DNA of 64,000 nt from Malacoraja senta (Eukaryota). Where the stretch lies: contig JAXLNO010002227.1 in assembly GCA_038087875.1 (NCBI GenBank), positions 1-64,000 on the forward strand. Direction: 5' to 3'. Made by a program: the position numbers and the translations under genes. The notes beneath the pieces were generated by a model that was not told the origin of the DNA, ran no database searches, and worked only from the letters and a program-made list of their open reading frames with translations. Shown here piece after piece: positions 34,743 through 49,200 of the stretch (positions are counted from its first letter, which is position 1; every line of letters begins with the position of its first letter).

Positions 34743-37700
34743 TTTTTTTTTTTTTAAACTTCTCCTGTAGATGTAAGTAGGGTTATCAAGTGGGCACCTC
34801 CCTTCATTGGTCTTTCATTGAGTTAGGCCCACAACACCTCGGGAAGGCTCAACAGTTGGTTCCGGCGTCCAGTACCCACCTCTACCGGACATACTCAAGA
34901 GAGTCGAGAGAGAGAGAGAGAGTCAAGAGTGTTTTATTGTCATGTATCCCAGATAGAACAATTAAAATCTTACTTGCTGCAGCACAACAGAATATGTAAA
35001 CATAGTACACTGTAAACAATATGATATATCCTCGCTGCTCAACTTCTGCTGCCAACTCTACATATCTATGCCTTTTCCTTTCATAAGCCTCATCCACTAA
35101 GTTCTCCCAAGGCACTATCAGTTCTATAAAATACACTATCCACTGACTAACTGACCATAACACTATATCAGGCCTCAAACTAGTAGTGATTATTTCCTGC
35201 GGAACAACAAGCTTTCCTCCTAAATCTACCCGCATTTCCCAATCATTGTCTCCCCGTAACTGACCTGTCTGCAAACATCCCCCCTCTACCTTTCTCTCCC
35301 TCACGGACAAAATGAATTGCTACACTCCCAGTCCTGATGCCTACTGAATTCACCTGTACTCTCCTCTCAATTGTTGCAGCTACGCACTTCAATATCTAGT
35401 TATGCAGCCAAGTATACCGATCCTGAGAAAGACTAGTCCTACATCCTGACAAAATATGCCTCAACGTTGCCACCTCTGAACCCAAGGGACACGCCGGGTC
35501 CCCATCTACCCATTGTTTGAGATTCTGCGGTGATGGCAGCCCATCATAAATAGCCCTTATAAGGAAACTTACATGACCTGCCTCCATACACCACAGCTCC
35601 CTCCAGCTAAACCTCTTTTCTACACTTCCCCAGTTCATCCACTGTCCCTCTTTAACCTGAGCTACTGCCCTTACACATCTCACTGCTTCCTCCTAACGAT
35701 GTAACTGCTTGACAACAAATTTCCTCCTCTCTGTTGGACCTGCCTTACTCCACACTGGTTTCCCTGTGCTGAGCCCTAAGCCTCCTTTCCCTCGTTGCAC
35801 CCTACCAACAATGTCTGTATGCCTCAGAGCTGCTTGTGTTTCTTCGACTGAGTTCCACTTCCTCCCTTTAGTTACACTTGGTACCAGATTACTAACTTGG
35901 GTATCCTTACGCCCTGATAATTGCAACACTAACCTCACCTTATCACACTTAAACTCCTCTGTTAGGCTTGACAATGGTAAATGGTGAATACCTTTCCCAT
36001 ACTAAGACACCATGGAACTCCTAACCATTTCCTAATATATTAACTAACCAATCTCTCTAACCTTTCCACCTTAGAACTTGGCACCTCATATACTGTCAAT
36101 GGCCACACCAACCTAGGGAATAGCCCAAACTGCAAACACCACAACTTCAACTTGCCTAGAAGCCCTGACTTCTCTATCCTTTCTAAGCCATCAGGAACAT
36201 CCTTTCTAAGTTGTTGAACCAGTTCAGTGTCATCCAACTTCCTGTTAAACCACCTACCCAAACCTTTAACTGGTTTCTCCATTATAGACGGGATTTCTTC
36301 TTCATCTACACAGAACCTTTTCTCTACTACCGTTCCTCTTGTCAAAGAGCTACTCCGTGACTTACTCGGCATAATCTTCAATCTAGCCCATTTAAGATTA
36401 TCATTTAACTTCTCTAACAACCTTCTTGTACAAGCTGATGTTGTGGTTACCAAGGTCATATCATCCATATAGGTCCTGATTGGAGGGAGACGCAATCTGC
36501 CGTGACGTCTCTCCCTGCCGATGACCCACCGTGATACTCTAATTACTAGCTCCATCGCCATTGTAAACGCTAATGGGGAAATAGTACACCCTGCCATAAT
36601 GCCCATCTCTTGTCTGCCATGCTGTCGTAAAGTCTGCTGTATGAAAACACATTTGGACATCTTGGGAATATGCTTTCACTAAATTTACTATTGCTCCTGG
36701 AGCTCTAAAGAAATCAAAAGCAATCCAAATAAAACTATGTGGCACAGATCCAAAATGCATTTGCCAGGTCCATAAACACTGCATACAAATCTCTTCTCGA
36801 GCTTGGCTGTCTGAATCTGGTGCCAAATTACACTAAGCATCCAGCGAAACCTGGGATTCCCACTTTCTGCACTGTGGTATCTATTAACCTATTCCTTTCT
36901 AAATAACTTGCCAGCCTCTGTGCCGCTATGCCAAAGAAAATCTTGCCTTCTACATTTAGGAGACATATAGGCCTAAACTGACTTAACTGAAGACTCTCCT
37001 TGGGAATGAAAATCCCCCCTGCTCTACACCAAACCCTTGGTATGACCTGCTTCTCCCAAACTATACGCAAGAGCCTCCACAAGAATCTAAGCGCATCAGG
37101 TGCACTTTTATATACCCGGTAAGGGACCATTCGACCCTGGAGCCGAAGAAGCCTTTGCCCGCCTTATTACAGCTTCCACCCTTCCACTTTGGTAGCAAAA
37201 CATCTAACTTATACTCTATCTCTCATGAGGGAGGGAAACCCATTCCCCTTTTACTTTCTGGATCTGAGTATGCCCTTTTAAAATATTCCTCTAACTCTTC
37301 CTTTGAAGCTTTGAGCTTTCCACTTTTTTCCTGACTAAACATTCTTTTAACAAATTTAAATGGATCCCTATAAAATGCTGACCTGACTCGCTCCTTCTTC
37401 TTTCTCTTCTTCCTAAGGTGTTCTGCCTTCCTTAATATTGCTAACCGATTTCTTAACTCTTCTTGCAAAACATTAAGTCCCTCTCATCAACTGTAGATTT
37501 TCTCCACTGCTTTCTCAACTGTCTCCTCTCCTTCACTAATCTCTTGATTTCTCTCTCGTGTCTAGATCTAACCACCAGTAAAGCCAGCACCTTTTTCACA
37601 ATAACACTAAACCTGTCCGCACCATATTGATAAATAAACTCTCCCATCTTAGCTAACTTGTTTTCCACTGTCCCTTTCAGACTCTCTAGCGCCTTTACCA

Positions 37701-38340
37701 AATCTACATTAACATTTTCCCATTCCTTTCTTTCACTTGCCTAGGCCATTTAACTCTACGTTTCAGCCCACCATTCTTCTCCCTGACTGGCAGATTAACC
37801 TCACCACCACCTACATCCTCCTCTACAGCGCTTGTTCCCTCCTCATCAGCAACAGGGGTAATGATATCCTGCGAACTGTGGTTTTCTACCCGTCGCTGGA
37901 CTTCACAACTGACTTCTCAAGAAGTACTGCTCAATGCGATTTCCCTGCACTCCCTCTGATAAGCACTTCTTCTTTCCCTGCTGTATTCTGAGGCCCTTTG
38001 CTGTTGTTACTTTCTGCCAACCACAAGAACAGACCTGGAACTTCTTTCCCTCTACCACTAAGCCGCTGTCCTTCATTGATGCGCTAATGCTACTCATGGT
38101 CTTTTCCGTTCCATGGTCTGTAGCTGGGTAATCCATCTGTGAGTCATCTTCCGCCCCCGCTCTCGCAGATTCTAGGGGTATCTTTCTTTTATTTGTCATA
38201 TCGTTTTAGGGGTGCAGCGAGACTGTGTACAATCTTCGCCACTGCTGCAATGCGATGCTAACCCTTAACAGCTCCAGCAGAGTCTATTCCCTCCTATCAG
38301 CTGTCTTTCCAAGCTGTCACATGGACTTTCCCTATACCAG
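34743..38340 (-). mobile_element. Decayed near-full-length HERO/NeSL-type non-LTR retrotransposon (N-terminal Zn finger, RT, CCHC, restriction-like endonuclease)
   Basis: Frameshifted ORF pieces: CSCGW…GLRIQQGKKKC; FRPICLLNVEGKIFF; GIMAGCTISPLAF…YMDDMT; CPL…HILSGC…RYTWLHN; LRPDIVLWS…ELIVPWE…K…Y; polyA (T-run 34743-34755). Confidence 0.85.
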
Positions 38341-39079
38341 GTTCACAAATGCTGGGAATTTGGAAAGTTCTCACATTTTCTTTACGTGATGTGCAATGTA
38401 ATGTTACAAACATGACTTATTTTGCTATTTGACATGGATTTTGAATGTTAATTTATGCTCCCATGCATGAAGTAACCAATAAATGTATTGTTCGAGAATC
38501 ATGGAACCTTCCGCCACTGAAGGAGAAAACAAGCCCCACTGACCCTGTGTTAATGAATTCAAAGAAATATCCAAACATTTCCCTTTGAATATGTTATCCA
38601 TTTCCTTGTGAAATGAGCTTTGAATTTGTCAGTGCTTTCCTGATTGACATAGTCAGCTGTGGAAAACGAATTCTCGCATCACCACTGGACAGACTAACAC
38701 TGTAGAAGTGAGTAAATCTAAATAGTTTTCCCCCTTTTTCATAATATGCTGGTAATCAGGAGGGGAGAGGAAACTAATGTGGAGAAGGCTTGGGGATGAT
38801 CACCCATAATGGTATTGAATGACAGGGCAGGCTCGAGGGGCCGAGTGGCCCACTATAGCTATTATATAAGTGTTCTAAAATATCAGTAACAGTTGAAGAA
38901 ACACAGATATCTGATTTGATCAAGCTTCTGGAAGGCTACAAAAAAAGGTCTATACGTTTAAGACACACATGATCAATATATTTGCACCAGCTTTTAATGT
39001 TCTTATGTACTTGTACTTCATAAATGTTTACAAGCTCTGAACTACATAGATTTTGGGGCATTGGTTTTGTCTTTATCGT

Positions 39080-39370
39080 TTTTAGTTTAGTTTAGAGATA
39101 CAGCGCAGAAACGGGCTCTTCAGCCCACCAAGCCCACGCTGACCAGCGATCACTCTGTACATTAACACTATTCTACACACACTCTGGACAATCTACAGTT
39201 TTACCAAGCCAATTAGCCTACAAACCGATATATGTCTTTGGAGTGTGGGAGGAAACCGGATAACCTGAGGAAAACCTACGCAGGTCACGGGGAGAATGTA
39301 CAAACTCCATACTGACAGCACCCGCAATCAGGATTGAACCCGAGTCTCTGGCGCTGTAAGGCAGCAACTC
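39080..39370 (-). mobile_element. HE1-like SINE
   Basis: Family consensus. Confidence 0.8.
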
Positions 39371-39546
39371 ATCTCTGCTTCCTTTCCAAAGAGCAATAGT
39401 TCACTGCAACTGTGCTGCCCTTTTTCCACCATTTTTGTTTTTTATTGTGTGTGTGTATATATACTGATTTTTTTTCTCATTTATTATATTCTTTACAGAG
39501 TATGTTTGCATATTCTGTTGTACTGCTGCAAGTAAGAATTTCATTG

Positions 39547-39795
39547 TTTAGTTTAGTTTAATTTAGAGATACAGCATGGAAACAGGCCCTTCGGCCCACT
39601 GGGTCCGCGCCGACCAGCGATCCCGGCACATTAACACCATCCTACACCCACTAGGGACAATTTTTACATTTACCAAGCCAATTAGCCTACAAACCGATAT
39701 ACGTCTTTGGAGTGTGGGAGGAAACCGGAGCACCCGAGGAAAACCCACGCAGGTCACGGGAAGAACGTACAAACTCCATACAGACAGCACTCATA
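39547..39795 (-). mobile_element. HE1-like SINE (5'-truncated)
   Basis: Family consensus. Confidence 0.8.
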
Positions 39796-40954
39796 GTTCT
39801 GGGATATATGAAAATAAAACACTTGACATTACTCATATGGAGCAGTGATAAATTAACGGTGCAAGACCAGATAGAAAAATAATTACAGCCTGGGAGATCA
39901 TTTGAAACGTTACATGGCTTGCATAAAACAAAGCCTAAATTTCCAAGAACGTTTTTCCATATTTGGACAACCACTAAAAATAAGGCCAAATGTATATAAT
40001 TGAGGCCTAGCTACACTTGGTTCAGTAAATGGTGTCTGCACATTATTCATTGCTTGGATGCAGGCATCGCTGACAATGTCAACATTTCTTGCCCATGAGA
40101 AGATAATAGTGATGTGTTGACTTGAACCACTGCAATTTTTCCAGTTTGGTCCACCCAAATTGCTGAAACAAAGAACTGCAGATGTTGGTTCATACACAAA
40201 AGGACATTAAGTGCTGGAGTAACTCAGCAGATTGGGCCGCATCTCTGGAGAATATGGATAGGTGACGTTCGGGGTCCAGTCTGAAGAAGGGTCTCGACCC
40301 GAGATGTCACCTATCTATGTTCTCCAGAAATTTCGCCTGTCCTGGTATGTTCCTTCAGCACTTTGTCTTTCCCTCTCCTACTCTGTACAAGACCCATGTT
40401 CCAGCCTGATTCTTTCAGACTGACTGAGGGATCCCAGCCCGTCATCTCGACATAACCACAACTCATTGCTACTCAACCACAACTCAACCACAACTCACAA
40501 CTACAGCTAACTACAATTCTATGTCCGAAGCCTTGACCCTATTCCTGTTTACACACAGCACCACACTCTGCAGTCCAGTCTACTTCCTCTGGTCTGCTAG
40601 TGACAGCAGCTAATCTTGGAAGACCTTTGTGCACTCGGGCAATCACAGCAGCACCATAGCCTTGTGTGCACCAAGATTCTGCAGTCGGGTGTTTTTGGCA
40701 CAAAGCTAGTGCAAGCCCTCTGCCATCTCCCACTTTAACTGTCTGCTCAGGTAGTGTACCATCTCTAACCAGACTCGTTCTTTGTGCCTGTAAAGCTGTA
40801 TCCAGTAGAAATGTCATTGTTCTGTTCCAAGTGCAAATGACAATTAAGCACTCTTGATTATTGAATGTCTGGGAATGTTTCCTTGTTGCAAACTTGGCTT
40901 GTAAATGAAAGCTAAACACTTGAAAGAAGCACAAAGCATGCACTAGGAGTAAGG

Positions 40955-41230
40955 AGTAAGACCGAGATGAGGAAAAACTTTTTCACACAGAGAGTGGTGA
41001 ATCTCTGGAACTCTCTGCCACAGAGGGTAGTTGAGGCCAGTTCATTGGCTATATTTAAGAGGGAATTAGATGTGGCCCTTGTGGCTAAAGGGATCAGGGG
41101 GTATGGAGAGAAGGCAGGTACGGGATACTGAGTTGGATGATCAGCCATGATCGTATTGAATGGCGGTGCAGGCTCGAAGGGCCGAATGGCCTACTCCTGC
41201 ACCTATTTTCTATGTATCTATGTATCTATG
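40955..41230 (+). mobile_element. CR1 LINE 3' end
   Basis: RKNFFTQRVVNLWNSLPQRVVEA…; tail ending (TCTATG)n. Other CR1 3' pieces at ~45680-45935, 51590-51815, 52195-52415(-), 52575-52890. Confidence 0.85.
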
Positions 41231-41312
41231 TCCGTTGGTTGGTTAGTTGATTTATTATCATGTATACAGAGATACAGAGAAATGCTTGTTCTGCATGCTA
41301 TCCAATCAAATC

Positions 41313-41629
41313 GGGCGGCACGGCTGGCACAGCAGTAGAGTTGCTGCCTTACAGCGCTTGCAGCGCCAGAGACCCGGGTTTGATCCCGACTACGGGTGCT
41401 GTCTGTATGGAGTTTGTACGTTCTCCCCGTGACCGTGTGGGTTTTCTCCGAGATCTTCGGTTTCCTCCCACACTCCAAAGACGTACAGGTATGTAGGCTA
41501 ATTGGCTTGGTGTATGTGTAAATTGTCCCTAGTGCGTGTAGGATATGTGCGGGTATCGCTGGTCGGCGCGAACTCGGTGGGCCAATGGCCTGTTTCCGCG
41601 CTGTATCTCTAAACTAAACTAAACTAAAT
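41313..41629 (+). mobile_element. Full-length HE1-like V-SINE
   Basis: GGGCGGCACGG…A/B boxes…(CTAAA)n tail. Confidence 0.88.
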
Positions 41630-44600
41630 CATACTATATGTGAATACAATAGATCCTCTTCTGGAACAGTATGCAGAGAGTTACCACATTCTGGTGCCAT
41701 CTTTCAAATTCCAAGTCTTTGAAAAGTCTGATCATGGGCCAAGGAGATCTGGAATTTCTTATATTTATCATGTGAAGGCCCAGTGTCCTCTACTTGATGA
41801 AGTGCTGCCACAGGCTGCACTGGATTGATGAAGTAGGGGTGGACTCTGTCCACTGCCGCATGTGCAGCTTCCACAGGCTGCACCCAATTCTTTCACTCAT
41901 CCGGATGTGGTAACTACTATCTACCTCATTGGTGACCCTCGGACTATCCTTGATCGGACTCTGCTGTCTTAACCTTGCACTAAACATTATTCCATTATGT
42001 ATCTATACATTTAACGGGCCGATTGTAATCACGTATTGTCTTTCTGCTGACTGGTCAGCACGCAACAAAATCTTTTCACTGTACCTCAGAACAAGTGATG
42101 ATAAACTAAACTAAACTAAAGTCCAAATATCATTAAATTAGATATTCTACATAGGAAACAGCAAATAGGTTGCAAGCAAACTAGACGTGAAGTGTTTGCT
42201 TTCTTTAAATTAACATCATTTTCTGGATTAAAATATTGTCATGAATTTATTCAAAGAGACCTATCTCTTTGGTGCAGAACAGCTCTCGGATATTTTAATA
42301 TATCTTTAAGATCAGAACTGCACTTTTGTTGAAATAATGTAAAAAATGAGGAGCAGGTTTGTAGCATTGTAATTGAAAGCTTAATTACTTGGCATGACCT
42401 GAGTCTCAATACTCTTTTTACTTTTCGTGGTCCTTACTAGATTATTTTATCAGGTTGCTCCACCATTTCACTTCCCTAAACAATACTAAGCACAACATCC
42501 CCACAGAAAAACAAATCGCTTTGGCTTGCAGTGTCTTACAAATCGCAGTGTCTGCCTGCAGCAGAGGCAGATAATTACATTTTAATTCAATCACAGGATT
42601 AAACTTTCCATGTAAATCTGCAAATCTGAACATTAACACGTTCATTTGGTATCACTGTGAGACATCTAAATACCATAAAACAAGATATTCTATTTAGTAA
42701 ATAACAAATCGCTTGCCAGCAAATTCAATACAAATGTAACAGTCTACCATTTAAATTGCCCATATTTTTAAAGCATTTTTTTCAATGCACAATCAAGACA
42801 TAATTAGATCTTCAAGAAAACATGAATAATGCTTTGGATCTACATTTCAGCAAAGGGTCCATTATTGTGAGTATCAATTGAGCTGTCTGCCATGTATTTG
42901 ACTGGATAATAGGCTTGACTATGTGTGCGGGCTCCCATTAATGTTTATAACAGACTTCTTTAGTCTTATTTCAGTGTGAAAAGTACCTCCTTCTCAGTCC
43001 TTCTTCCCTGATTTATGTGGCAATTAGCCAAACTATCAAGTTTCCCTCGTTAGACTGATGTCAGTGTCTTTGTCACTAAGTCTTTAGAACCTTCATCGGT
43101 CAATTGAGTCAAAAGCCTCCAAATGTTCAGGAAGTCACTGACCAAAGATATACTAAAGAATGTTCTTTGTGAACTACTTTGTGCTTCTCAAAACCACTTT
43201 ATTCTTTGAAGGGAATTATTTTTCAATGGTTACACTTTTATTTAAATTTGCATTATCTCTTGTAGGATTTAGTGGACCTCACCCAATAGTACGTTGATAT
43301 CAAGTATGCACTTTATCATTCGGTAGTGTTCAACTTCAATCAAGCTAAGATAAAAATCAGAAATAAATTAGCTTTAAGAATTGTGCCATTTGATTGTAAT
43401 GAGGGTATAATTCTTATGTCGAAAGAATAGTAATTATTCTTAGTAATAGTAAGTAATAATAAGCGGCACAGTGGTGCAGCGGTAGAGTTGCTGCCTCACA
43501 TCACAGCCTGTTTTCGATCCTGACTACGGGTCTGTCATTTGTACGTTCTCCCTGTGACCTGTTTTTATTGATGTTCAAAATTGAAAAATAGGGGGGAAAC
43601 CATACAATTATTTTACATTTATATCAAATATACATATATCAAATACTGACATTTGTGATATTGGTGTGCTTTAAAAAGGGTGGCTCTGAATGATGGAAGA
43701 CAAGATCCCCTATCCTGTTGCTGTGGCACTTTATGAATCAGACCTTTGCTTTTAAATGCACAGACTGTAAGTTAATTATACAAAACAGTAAAAGAGCATT
43801 TAAAAAAAAAATCCATTTACTTATATGGTTGTACTTTTATATTTAGATCTAGTTATATATATCTCTGATAAATATGGAATAATGCACATATATGGAAAAA
43901 TAAAGAAAATCACGTCGCTGAATAGAACAAGTGACAGTCCCTACAAAATAAATACCAATGTAATAGTTGCAATGATAGACACAAGAAGCTGGAGTAACTC
44001 AGCGGAACAGGCATCATCTCTGGAGAGAAGGAATGGGTGACGTTTCAGGTCGAGACTGGTGTGAACTGAAGAAGGGTCTCGACCCGAAACGACATCCTTC
44101 TTTCATCCATTCCTTCTCTCCAGACGTTATCCATTCCTTCTCTCCAGAGATGCTGCCTGCCCCAATGAGTTATTCCAGCTTTTTGTGTCTATCCTCGGTT
44201 TAAACCAGCCTCTGCAGTTCCTTCCTACACTAGTAGCTGCAATTATCTTATTTTCCAGTAAGATCTCTGCACTTATGTGATTTAACGTTATGTGATTAAA
44301 CATTACCAAACAAAATGAGATAAGAATCAGAAAGATAAACTGCTGAAAAATCAGTCCTTTACTTTTCAGACACAAACTAAATTTATTTTAACAAAAAATG
44401 GCTAAATTCCGTAATATTGCATCAGTCAGTGTAGAGGGAACTTAAGAAAGGAAACTCTGGTCAGAAAATTATTGCCCCTTGCTTTCTACTTCAAAGAGTT
44501 GGAATGACTTTTTGAGACAGCATAGCTTCCTTCAATGGCCTCATAAATTAATGAAATCTCACTTTGAGTCATGTGAAATTTTCGCCTCTTCCCAGTCCTT

Positions 44601-44944
44601 TGAAAGAAAGTGTGAATCCTGACACAGGCGGTAAGGAAAATGATCCTTTGAGTTGACAGGAAAATGCTAAATCCTGGTTATTACCAAAACGTCAATGAGG
44701 AGGCGTAAACTGGTCTGTGAAGACAGGATCTTTTGAAACAAGTGTTCCAAATATCTGCACAGGGCAAGAGATTTTCAGGCTTTAATGTTTTAAAGTACAG
44801 TACATCATCGTGTATATTTGACAGAGACCCCAATCATGACAAAGATTCTCAAGAGTCAAGTCAAGAGTGTTTTATTGTCGTACTAGACCAAGAGGGACCC
44901 ACTGGGTCCCGTCCCCTCAACGTTGCGGGGGGCGGCCTTCGGCG

Positions 44945-44945
<1 letters not shown>

Positions 44946-44976
<31 letters not shown>
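44946..44976. repeat. (CA)n microsatellite
   Basis: Direct reading. Confidence 0.95.
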
Positions 44977-44979
<3 letters not shown>

Positions 44980-45937
44980 CCATATTATATTAATATTATT
45001 CATTCGCTCCTTTTACCCCATCCCCCGCCCTATCCTTTCACGCATAACCCCCAACTGCGCAGGCACAGCTAGAGAGGGGGGGGGGGGTGGAGCGGGAGGG
45101 GGAGGGGGTAGAGGCAGCACCTACCCAGGTCGTAGAGCAGAAATGTCACCCATTCCTCCTTTCCAGAGATGCTGCCTATTCCGCTGAGTTACTCCAGCAT
45201 TTCATGTCTACAGTGAAAACCAGCATCTGCAGTTCCTTCCCACACAATAAGATCTGTTTGCTCTGTTGTTAATACGTAGTTCTTACATTTAAATAACGTG
45301 TCTCTAAATATAAGACACAAAGTGCTGGACTAACTCAGCAGGAAGGATCCTGACCGGAAACATCACCTATCCATCTTCTCCAGAGATGCTACTTGACCCG
45401 CTGAGTTACTCCAGTACTTTTCAATCTCCTAATCTTCTTATTGTACATATTTACAATTTGTTTTAAAATATCCCTCCTCCCACCAACCCAAGATTACAAT
45501 AGTGGTTCTACTTTTTGCAACATCCTGGTCTGGTTTAGCTAGAAACTCAGTAATCAGCAGACCAAGTAAAATCCCTGTGAGAATTAACCCTCAGAAATCC
45601 CTGTGGGAGTGAAAAGTTAACCATGGTCATTATTATTTTTCAGATTGTTGCTTGACTGTCCTAATTTTTAATATCATGCATGTGTATAAGATCATGAGGG
45701 GAATAGATAGGATGCAAGCACAGTCTTTTACCCAGAGTAGGGGAATCAAGAAGCAGAGGACATAGATTTAAGGTGAGAGGGGAATTATTTTCACACAGAG
45801 GGTGGTAGGTATGTGGCATGAACTGTCGGAGAAGGTAGTTGAGACAAGTACTATGACAACATTTAAAGAACATTGGATAATAATAATAATAGGTACATGG
45901 ATAAGAAAGGTTTAGAGGATATAGGCCAAACGTCGGC

Positions 45938-46238
45938 AGGGGCGGCACGATGGCGTAGCAGTAGAGTTGCAGTCATACAGCGCCAGAGACCCAGGTTCAA
46001 TCCTGACTATGGGTGTTGTCTGTACAGAGTTTGTGCGTTCTCCCCTTCATTGAGTGGGTTTTCCCCGGGTTATCCAGTTTCCACCCACACTGCAAAGATA
46101 TACAGGTTTGTAGGTTAATTATCTTTGATAAAAATTGTAAATTGTCCCTAGTGTGTAGGATAGTGATAGTGTACGGGGATCGCTGGTCGGTGCAGACTCA
46201 GTGGGCTGTTTCCTCTCTGTATCTTTAAACTAAACTAT
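45938..46238 (+). mobile_element. HE1-like SINE nested in CR1 3' end
   Basis: Family consensus; CR1 tail resumes after 46240. Confidence 0.8.
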
Positions 46239-49200
46239 AAAAAGGTGAGACTAGCGTAGATTGGGCATGTTGGTTGGCATGTGCAATTTGTGCTGAAGGG
46301 CCCTTTTCTGCGCCGAATGACTCGATGACCCTATGACTCTATGTGCTACCATCAGTGCTTCCCCTGAAATGCTAATGATGGCACGTGTATGATATCCAAA
46401 AGGGGAATAGTTAAGCAGAATTTTTGGTAGATTGTCTGTTTTCATGTGTAGAATGGTCCCTTGAATGTACTGTATACCATGGAATTGTATTTTCATTTGG
46501 AGAAGAGGGAGGAAACTGGAACAAGAAACTCAAATGTTGTGTACAGAAGTCTTTCATCTGTATCACAGGGCAGCTAAAGTTCGTACAAAGATAGTAACTT
46601 TTTTATTGGAGTAGATATTCCAATATTCCAGATGGCATTGAACTAAGATAGGTGCACATTGGTACAGTAGTTAGTACTGTTGCCTCACAGCTCCAGATAT
46701 CCAGGTTTGATCCTAACTCAGGTGCTGCCTGTACAGTTTGCACGTTTCCTCCATGACCACAGGTGCACCAGTTTTCTCCTACATTTCAAAGACATGGTGG
46801 TAGGATAATTGGTAGATTACCACTTAGTGTACGTTAGTGGCGAAAGGAATTAAAGGGGAGTTGATCTTCTGAGGGATGACACAAACGCAATGGGCCAAAT
46901 GGCCTCCTTGTGTCTAATTTTAAATTTAAGTGTTCAATTGTCCCTTTTGCTCTGAATTTCAATATACTTGTCTTTTATACCAATTACCCCAATTATACAT
47001 TATCCAGTCAAAAAGTTACATAAATGATAATAATATTTGTTTTGAAATATTTGAATAAATAATAGCACCGTAAAAAGTTTGAACGCTGTTGATTATTGTA
47101 CTTAAATGTACTGAAAACAAGTTTCTTTCTCAAATGTTTTCTTCTTCTGTTTCTTAAAATGTTGGAAGTGTTACACCCTCGCGAGACTGGTCTGAAATTT
47201 CTCAACAACTTTTGTTAGAAGTTAGGAGAACAAAGGTGGACCTGGAGCGAAGGGAAACTGTTGTTGGAGGGGGTGGGGGGGGGGGTGTGGGAGGGAGAAC
47301 AAAGGAGGACCCGGCGTGGGATACTTTGTCACATTGTCAGCGCCCTTTATGTGGCAACTATTTGCATACCTTGGGTATGTAAGCAAAGAATTTCACTGTG
47401 ACTTGTCACATGTGACTATAAAGTATTCAATTTAAATTTGTCAAACTGTGTCCATAATCATATTATGGATTAAGTGATATTTTCTATTTCTATTGATATT
47501 TCCATTCCATTTTCAGCAACAATTGCTCAAAACTAATCAGCAACTTGGTTTTAATCCTTTTTTGTAGGCACTGACACCTATTACATATATGTTAGAAGGA
47601 ACTGCAGATGCTAGTTTAAACCGAAGATAGACACAAAAATGTGGAGTAACTCAGCGGGACAGGCAGCATCTCTGGAGAGAAAGAATGGGTGACATTTTGG
47701 GTCGAGACCCTTCTTCAGATTTCCATGTCCTTTGTCTTCACCAGAGTTGATCTTACATAAACCTAACAAAGTGCCACATCGCATAAACTTACCAAGCCAC
47801 TGTTGGACCACAGCACTTAACATTTGTATTTTGGGATCCTGCTAATTAATTCTTACAAACTGCTTTGAATGTTATTTCCATAATTCATGTTAGCAAAGCC
47901 ATGAGATTAGTACTGATGGAAGATCATTGATTTGAAACATTAACACTGCTTTTTCTCTCAAAAGTCCAACCGTCAAGCTGTAAGTTGTTATTTTAATTTT
48001 TCAGTACTTGCAGTGTAGTGAGGCTTTGTGTCTGCCTTGTGACTTTGTAGAAACGAGGAACTGCAGATGCTGGTTTACACAAAAGATCACAAAGTGCTGG
48101 AGTAACTCAGTGGGTCAGACAGTATCTCTGGAGTAGTATGGATAGGTGATATTTCAGGTCCGGACCCGTTTTCAGACTGAGGCAAGAGTCACTGCATTTC
48201 CAGCGCCATCTTGTATCCTTAAAGTTTCAAAGTTGTTAAAAATGTAATGTCTTATTTTGGGCATAATGGCCCATTGTCCTAACAATAGCACTGGGTTAGT
48301 GATGTAGGGATTGGCATGGAGATGTCAATACCCTCCACCACTGCTCTGTCGCTTCATGCCACTGCAGGCTGGTCCTGTCCACCTGCTCATCCGACCTCTG
48401 TGGGACCTCCAATGGCACCTGATCCATGCGATTCCCTGGCTGCTGCAGGGCCTCCAGCAGCCCACTCCACGGACATGTTGACCTGCGATAGTGCTGTCGT
48501 TCACATCCCACAGCAACCGCTCAGCTGATGTTGTATAATTGAAGAAACAAAGAATTGCAGATGCTGGTTAATATGCAAAAGTATACAAAGTGCTGGAGCA
48601 ACTCAGCAGGTCGGAGAGCATCTCTGGAGAACATGGACAGGAGACATTTTGAGTGTAGACCGAAGTGTGAAAGAGAGCCTCAACCCGAAGCGTCACCTAT
48701 TCATGTTTTCCAGAGATGCCGCCTGACAGGCTGAGTTACTCCAGCACTTTGTGTCCTTTTGTGCATTAACCAGCATCTGCAATTCTTTGTTTCTACAGAG
48801 TGGGCGACATTGTGAGTCAAAACCCTGCATCCTAATTCCGTCCCCCCACCTACAAATGCGGCTGGACCCACTGAGTTCCTCCAGCAGACTGTTTGTTGTG
48901 CCATATTCCAGCATATGCAGTCTCTTGTGCTTCAATGATGGAAATTGTTTTCAATTTCTACAACTGCTACAGTTAATTCTTCCACATTGCTACATGTTGG
49001 TTTTGACATTAGAAAAAAAACAACCGTGACAGGATAGTTAAACCATAGGAAATCATTTTCTATAAAATATAATGTTTTTCTTCACAGGCCCTCGAAAGCA
49101 GATAAGTTTCATTACTGTGCTATTACATACCTTTATGGCCAAGATAAGACTCTAGCAAAAAACTAGGATTTGAAGAGTAAAAGATGGTGCCTGAAACATG

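Noticed and set aside
40455-40520. CRISPR-like or functional short repeat array
   Set aside because: Degenerate (ACCACAACTC)-type simple repeat with no spacers, in eukaryotic DNA
41313-41400. tRNA gene
   Set aside because: tRNA-derived SINE head continuing into SINE body and tail; no proper cloverleaf
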